Assembly (NCBI GenBank): GCA_963665235.2 | Contig: CAXXLX010000001.1 | Coordinates: forward strand, 1,728,001 to 1,792,000 | Reading direction: 5' to 3' | Source of the DNA: Candidatus Poribacteria bacterium | GTDB taxonomy: Bacteria; Poribacteria; WGA-4E; WGA-3G | Length of the DNA: 64,000 nt | Shown: piece after piece, positions 60,420-64,000 of the stretch | How the letters are laid out: every line of letters starts with the position of its first letter | Numbering within the stretch: position 1 is the stretch's first letter | Notes under the pieces: model-generated | What the model saw: only the letters and a program-made list of their open reading frames with translations | The model's database searches: none | What the model was told of the DNA's origin: nothing | Position numbers and translations under genes: made by a program

Positions 60420-61343
60420 CTACACCTCCCTTTCCCAGCGAATTAGTTTTAATAGTTTGCCGTTGAGTATCACGCCATCCTCTAAATAGCGATATTCAAT
60501 CCACCGTGATTCTGGCGGTTTGCTATTGTCCAATAGTTTTGCAGCGATTCTTTCGTTAAGGATGTCTTTTCTTGGCCGTATTGAGGTAATTTTGGACCAT
60601 CCTGATAGTTCCCGGCGAAGTGTCGCTGGGGCTAGTGTGATTTCGCCTGGAAACGTCTCTACAAACTGTTTCAGCTTCATCTCAAAAGCCTGAAAGGAAA
60701 TATGTAATTCCTGACAAACGAAATGTGCTACACGTCCGAGGTTTGCATACCCCGATGTTTTATCGGCCTGCTTATACCCCTCTTTAAAAGCTGTTTTGAA
60801 GCATGCCGATGAAGGACGTTCTGCATCCCACTCTCCCCCCCAGTAGAGGATGGATTCAAAGGGTGAACGATAAGCATGTCCTACAGATACCGCCCATGTC
60901 CGAAATGTATCAAACGCTACGAAGGTAATGTCATATTTTTCCTTTAAGTTGCGTCCCAATTCGCTCCGCGCTTCTTTGTCCTGCTTTTTCGGAATTTCGA
61001 TCGCTTGTTCCTGTTTTAGACAATTCAAGAAACGTGCATAAGGCGGATAATTTGCTAATCCTCTATTCATTGGCAACAGGTAATCCCCTGAGTTCCAAGC
61101 CTGAATGAACTCATGGAAATTTTCGGTTAAATGCAAAATATCCTGCGCTTGTGCATTGCGATTAATCCAACGGGACGCTTCGAAGATTCGTAGGATATCC
61201 TTTATCCGGCGTTCAAGGCGTTTTATTGGACCTTGACTCTCTATAATCTCGCGAAGGGTATGTAGAGAGAGCGCGTTTTCAACACGCTCTCTCTCAATAG
61301 CATCAGCAACAGAGAGCAATTTATTGACAGTAATCGGATCCAT
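60420..61343 (-). CDS. Hypothetical protein (possible winged-helix DNA-binding)
   Basis: 307-aa ORF abutting both neighbours; no clear motif. Confidence 0.75.
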   Translation of the reverse strand: MDPITVNKLLSVADAIERERVENALSLHTLREIIESQGPIKRLERRIKDILRIFEASRWINRNAQAQDILHLTENFHEFIQAWNSGDYLLPMNRGLANYPPYARFLNCLKQEQAIEIPKKQDKEARSELGRNLKEKYDITFVAFDTFRTWAVSVGHAYRSPFESILYWGGEWDAERPSSACFKTAFKEGYKQADKTSGYANLGRVAHFVCQELHISFQAFEMKLKQFVETFPGEITLAPATLRRELSGWSKITSIRPRKDILNERIAAKLLDNSKPPESRWIEYRYLEDGVILNGKLLKLIRWEREV

Positions 61344-62426
61344 TTAGCATTCCTCCCTGAGCTCCATCACATCGTAAGCAAAAAAACCTTTACGCGCCTT
61401 CTGTGAATAATAAACAAGTTCATATTTGCAAGACGGGTCCCCGTTTTCAAAACGGATGGTACTGAAGACTTGTGCCAAATCCCACAATAGATAATGGACA
61501 GACGTTAACATGACCCTCTGGTTGTAAGAATCGTATCGAACGGAACTGATTTCCGAAGGTAGAGAGGGAACACCGATATGGAGACTCCCTTGATTCTCTA
61601 ATGTTGCAAGCGAAGCCATATCCTTATCTGCGGTGCAAAGATAAACCCCTTGGTGGAGACCACGGTCCTGTTTGAGATTTTTCACACTTTCAATAATCAA
61701 CCTGTCGATATTTGGGCCGCCCTTGGACTGTCCTAAATGCTCTGGGAGAGTGGTTAGAATTTCCACGGGCCGCCATTGGCGAATGTGGTTTATCTCTCGG
61801 CTAATGCAAGAAACTTGCGGTCGTTGCTCCAAGACATCGCACTTCCCGATTTGGGTTTCAGCCTTTTTTTGGCTGTTTTGCCAAGTAGTATTCAAGTCAT
61901 TTACCTGCCGTTGGACTTCAGTCATTACAAAAACGGGCACAACTGTCCAGATGAGCACGTCGGATAAGATTTTGTGCAAGAAAGAAACCGCTGCCCGGCG
62001 TAACGCGCTTGTATCAGTAACAAGTATCAAGTAACCTTTTTCTGAAAGTCTTTTCATCACCTCTTGAAACCCGAACTTAACATTTTGCTCTTCCATCAAA
62101 CAAAACTCCGGGCGTAGAAGACCGGTTCGTAACGCACTTTCAGCAAGGACATCACGTATGATTTTTTCTGCTCTATCCGCTTGCCCCTCTTCTTTGGACA
62201 ACTCAGAGAAACGACATCTAATTTCTTGACTTGTCGCGGGCTTGAAAGTAAAAGGTAGAATCGGATATTGTCGCGCAGTTTCCTCGGATGCATCAATTGT
62301 GATTTCACCCAATTCGACATATTCACTTTCAGGGAGATGCGTTCCATCTGTATAGGAGACTTCCCATTTGCCCCAAAGTGGATATGCAGCAATGAACCTC
62401 TCTAGTGTAATTGCAGAACTATTCAT
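61344..62426 (-). CDS. PIN-like domain protein
   Basis: LVTDTSAL...VMTEVQ...IDRLII...LCTADKDMA acidic pattern. Confidence 0.7.
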   Translation of the reverse strand: MNSSAITLERFIAAYPLWGKWEVSYTDGTHLPESEYVELGEITIDASEETARQYPILPFTFKPATSQEIRCRFSELSKEEGQADRAEKIIRDVLAESALRTGLLRPEFCLMEEQNVKFGFQEVMKRLSEKGYLILVTDTSALRRAAVSFLHKILSDVLIWTVVPVFVMTEVQRQVNDLNTTWQNSQKKAETQIGKCDVLEQRPQVSCISREINHIRQWRPVEILTTLPEHLGQSKGGPNIDRLIIESVKNLKQDRGLHQGVYLCTADKDMASLATLENQGSLHIGVPSLPSEISSVRYDSYNQRVMLTSVHYLLWDLAQVFSTIRFENGDPSCKYELVYYSQKARKGFFAYDVMELREEC

Positions 62427-62847
62427 CAGAAATTCTCACTTTATAGTCAGCATGTGGGGGGTTCTGTAAAATTTCCTGCACAACTGCTAACAAAATAGTG
62501 CTTGATTGCAGCTCCAGCGTAGAAACCCGATCGGTAACTTCGTCAAGGATTTGATCCGGAGATTCTGCTATGTCCATTTGCGACTTCGCGCGCTCCGCTA
62601 GCTCATAAAGCATCCGATTTTTTATCGGCTCTGGTAGATAGAAATCAACTTCCCTCAGATTCGATGCAGGTTTTCCGGTTTCTGGATCTTCCGAGTCCAA
62701 ATTTTTCACCGTATTTAAGAGGCATTTAAAATCGAGCACAACTTCCTGTTCACCTATCCATTCTTGGAAATCATGCATAAGGAAATTTGGCACAACGTAG
62801 GTCTCGACCGCCTCCCCCGTTGATGGGTTAATAATTTCCACTTTCAT
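62419..62847 (-). CDS. Hypothetical acidic protein
   Basis: AAAGGTG RBS before MKVEII; overlaps next gene. Confidence 0.7.
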   Translation of the reverse strand: MKVEIINPSTGEAVETYVVPNFLMHDFQEWIGEQEVVLDFKCLLNTVKNLDSEDPETGKPASNLREVDFYLPEPIKNRMLYELAERAKSQMDIAESPDQILDEVTDRVSTLELQSSTILLAVVQEILQNPPHADYKVRISDE

Positions 62848-62878
62848 CAAAGCACCTTTCTGCAAGAGCGTCCGGCTC

Positions 62879-63325
62879 CTATTGCCATAACCATCTTTTC
62901 AATTCGGTTTGCTTTTTCCCTATTGGGCCGTCCGCGACAACAGATTCCGTAGACGTTGGAATCAAATCCTGCAAACCCTCAAATACCTTCAGGTAGGTTT
63001 TTCCAAGCACAAAACAGATTGAAGTGTAGTTGGTTCGTAAAATGTCTGAAAACGTTCTTTTGATGTGCGACTGCAACTTGACGACGCGTGACAAGTTCAT
63101 TTTTTGGTCATAAAATTCGGTTTGGAAATCCGCTGGGATAAGTCCATAGGCAGCAGATAAGATGTAGACATCTAATTGCCTTGCCTCTCCTGGACACTCA
63201 CGAAGAAAGCGACGTAAGACGAAAAACAGAGGGCCGTTGTACCGCTCAATTGCGGGTAACGGTTCATCAGAAGTATGTTTCCGCTGTGAGCAAGAGAGAA
63301 TAAGTAACCGTCGTTCACAGTTCAT
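62879..63325 (-). CDS. DUF6884/YaaA(DpdC)-like protein
   Basis: LILSCSQRK, AIERYNGP, ILSAAYGLI, YDQKM. Confidence 0.75.
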   Translation of the reverse strand: MNCERRLLILSCSQRKHTSDEPLPAIERYNGPLFFVLRRFLRECPGEARQLDVYILSAAYGLIPADFQTEFYDQKMNLSRVVKLQSHIKRTFSDILRTNYTSICFVLGKTYLKVFEGLQDLIPTSTESVVADGPIGKKQTELKRWLWQ

Positions 63326-63367
63326 AGCACCTCTTTAAGTTCAAAACGATAAACTGCATCTACAGAT

Positions 63368-63396
63368 ATTATACACCAAACGAATCAATTTTTCAA
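63368..63396 (-). promoter_or_regulatory. Sigma70 promoter of the six-gene TGT operon
   Basis: Minus strand TTGAAA-17-TATAAT. Confidence 0.6.
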
Positions 63397-63436
63397 GGAA
63401 AACAGGATATTTTCTGCGAAATCAAATCTGTCTTGC

Positions 63437-64000
63437 CTAAAACCTTGCCTTCAGTGCGCCCCAGACGATGGTCAATTTCTCGGCAGGTTCAATGTTGAGG
63501 CCGATTTTAGATTTGAAATTACGCATCACTTCGGGCGCGGTGAGTGGACGGTTGTATATGCGAACCTCATCAATAGTACCGGGGAAAAATCGCTCCACTT
63601 TGCCGCGATTGTTCGCTGCACCGATATAGACAGGTTCAACAAACGGCGCGAAGGAGTCTAACTTCTTCTCTTTTCCAACAATAACCTCTTGCGATTCGCC
63701 ATCCATGTAGATATCGATTTTGGGTTTTGCTGCGTCTGTAATTGCAAAAACAACATGATGCCATTTTCCATCCGATAGCGGGAATTCAATTTGAACGGCA
63801 ATATCATTACATCCGGCAGCAGATTTTTGGCGGACATAGTAGTGAACAACATCTTCGGCGAACAGAAATCCGGCTTTTGCACTACGGTTGACATCAATTG
63901 CCCATGCCATATTACAGCCTGCATCAAGCACTTTGAAGAGGGTCGTCCAATCGTTTTTAAAATCGGTTTTGACCCACGCCTCAAATGTTGATTTGCCGAC
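63437..64000 (-). CDS. LamG-like jellyroll protein (5' end outside window)
   Basis: Frame open to the window edge (VGKSTFEAWVKT...); WHHVV, GTIDEVRIYNRPL; C-terminal EPAEKLTIVWGALK tail. Confidence 0.88.
   Translation of the reverse strand, partial: VGKSTFEAWVKTDFKNDWTTLFKVLDAGCNMAWAIDVNRSAKAGFLFAEDVVHYYVRQKSAAGCNDIAVQIEFPLSDGKWHHVVFAITDAAKPKIDIYMDGESQEVIVGKEKKLDSFAPFVEPVYIGAANNRGKVERFFPGTIDEVRIYNRPLTAPEVMRNFKSKIGLNIEPAEKLTIVWGALKARF

Noticed and set aside
63437-64000. Frameshift in the LamG gene suggested by overlapping ORFs
   Set aside because: The 63437 frame is open to the window edge; 63658..63984 is a shadow ORF

Overview
64 kb of a bacterial chromosome, most likely Candidatus Poribacteria. 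The taxon is inferred from a LamG protein ending in the 'EPAEKLTIVWGALK' tail and from abundant WD40/TPR/PQQ-propeller genes and REP-like repeats. Housekeeping genes (gltX, glnS, glmM-like, yvcK-like, phhB, malK-like, two M16C peptidases) sit around two defence-like regions. Region 1 (~9.5-25.8 kb) holds a ParA-like ATPase + HEPN pair, tandem AAA/PD-(D/E)XK genes, a PARIS-like ABC-ATPase + DUF4435 pair and a rearranged type III-A module (csm2-csm3-csm5-cas10-csm4). That module has no cas6, cas1/2 or array in the window and its Cas10 lacks the HD domain. Its CARF-HEPN effector carries an N-terminal segment resembling the seryl-tRNA synthetase tRNA-binding arm. The PARIS-like and csm operons share a bidirectional promoter. 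Region 2 (58.1-63.3 kb) is a six-gene operon: DUF6884/DpdC-like, unknown, PIN-like, unknown, AAA ATPase and a TGT/DpdA-like transglycosylase. It looks like an uncharacterised 7-deazaguanine-linked defence system. Also seen: a probable AhpD-like selenoprotein (CxxU + SECIS-like hairpin), a tnpB-less IS200/IS605 remnant with its own promoter (candidate stand-alone omega-RNA), a 526-bp MITE with a 9-bp TSD, and several REP/MITE families. All family calls come from motif recognition by eye; no database searches were run.
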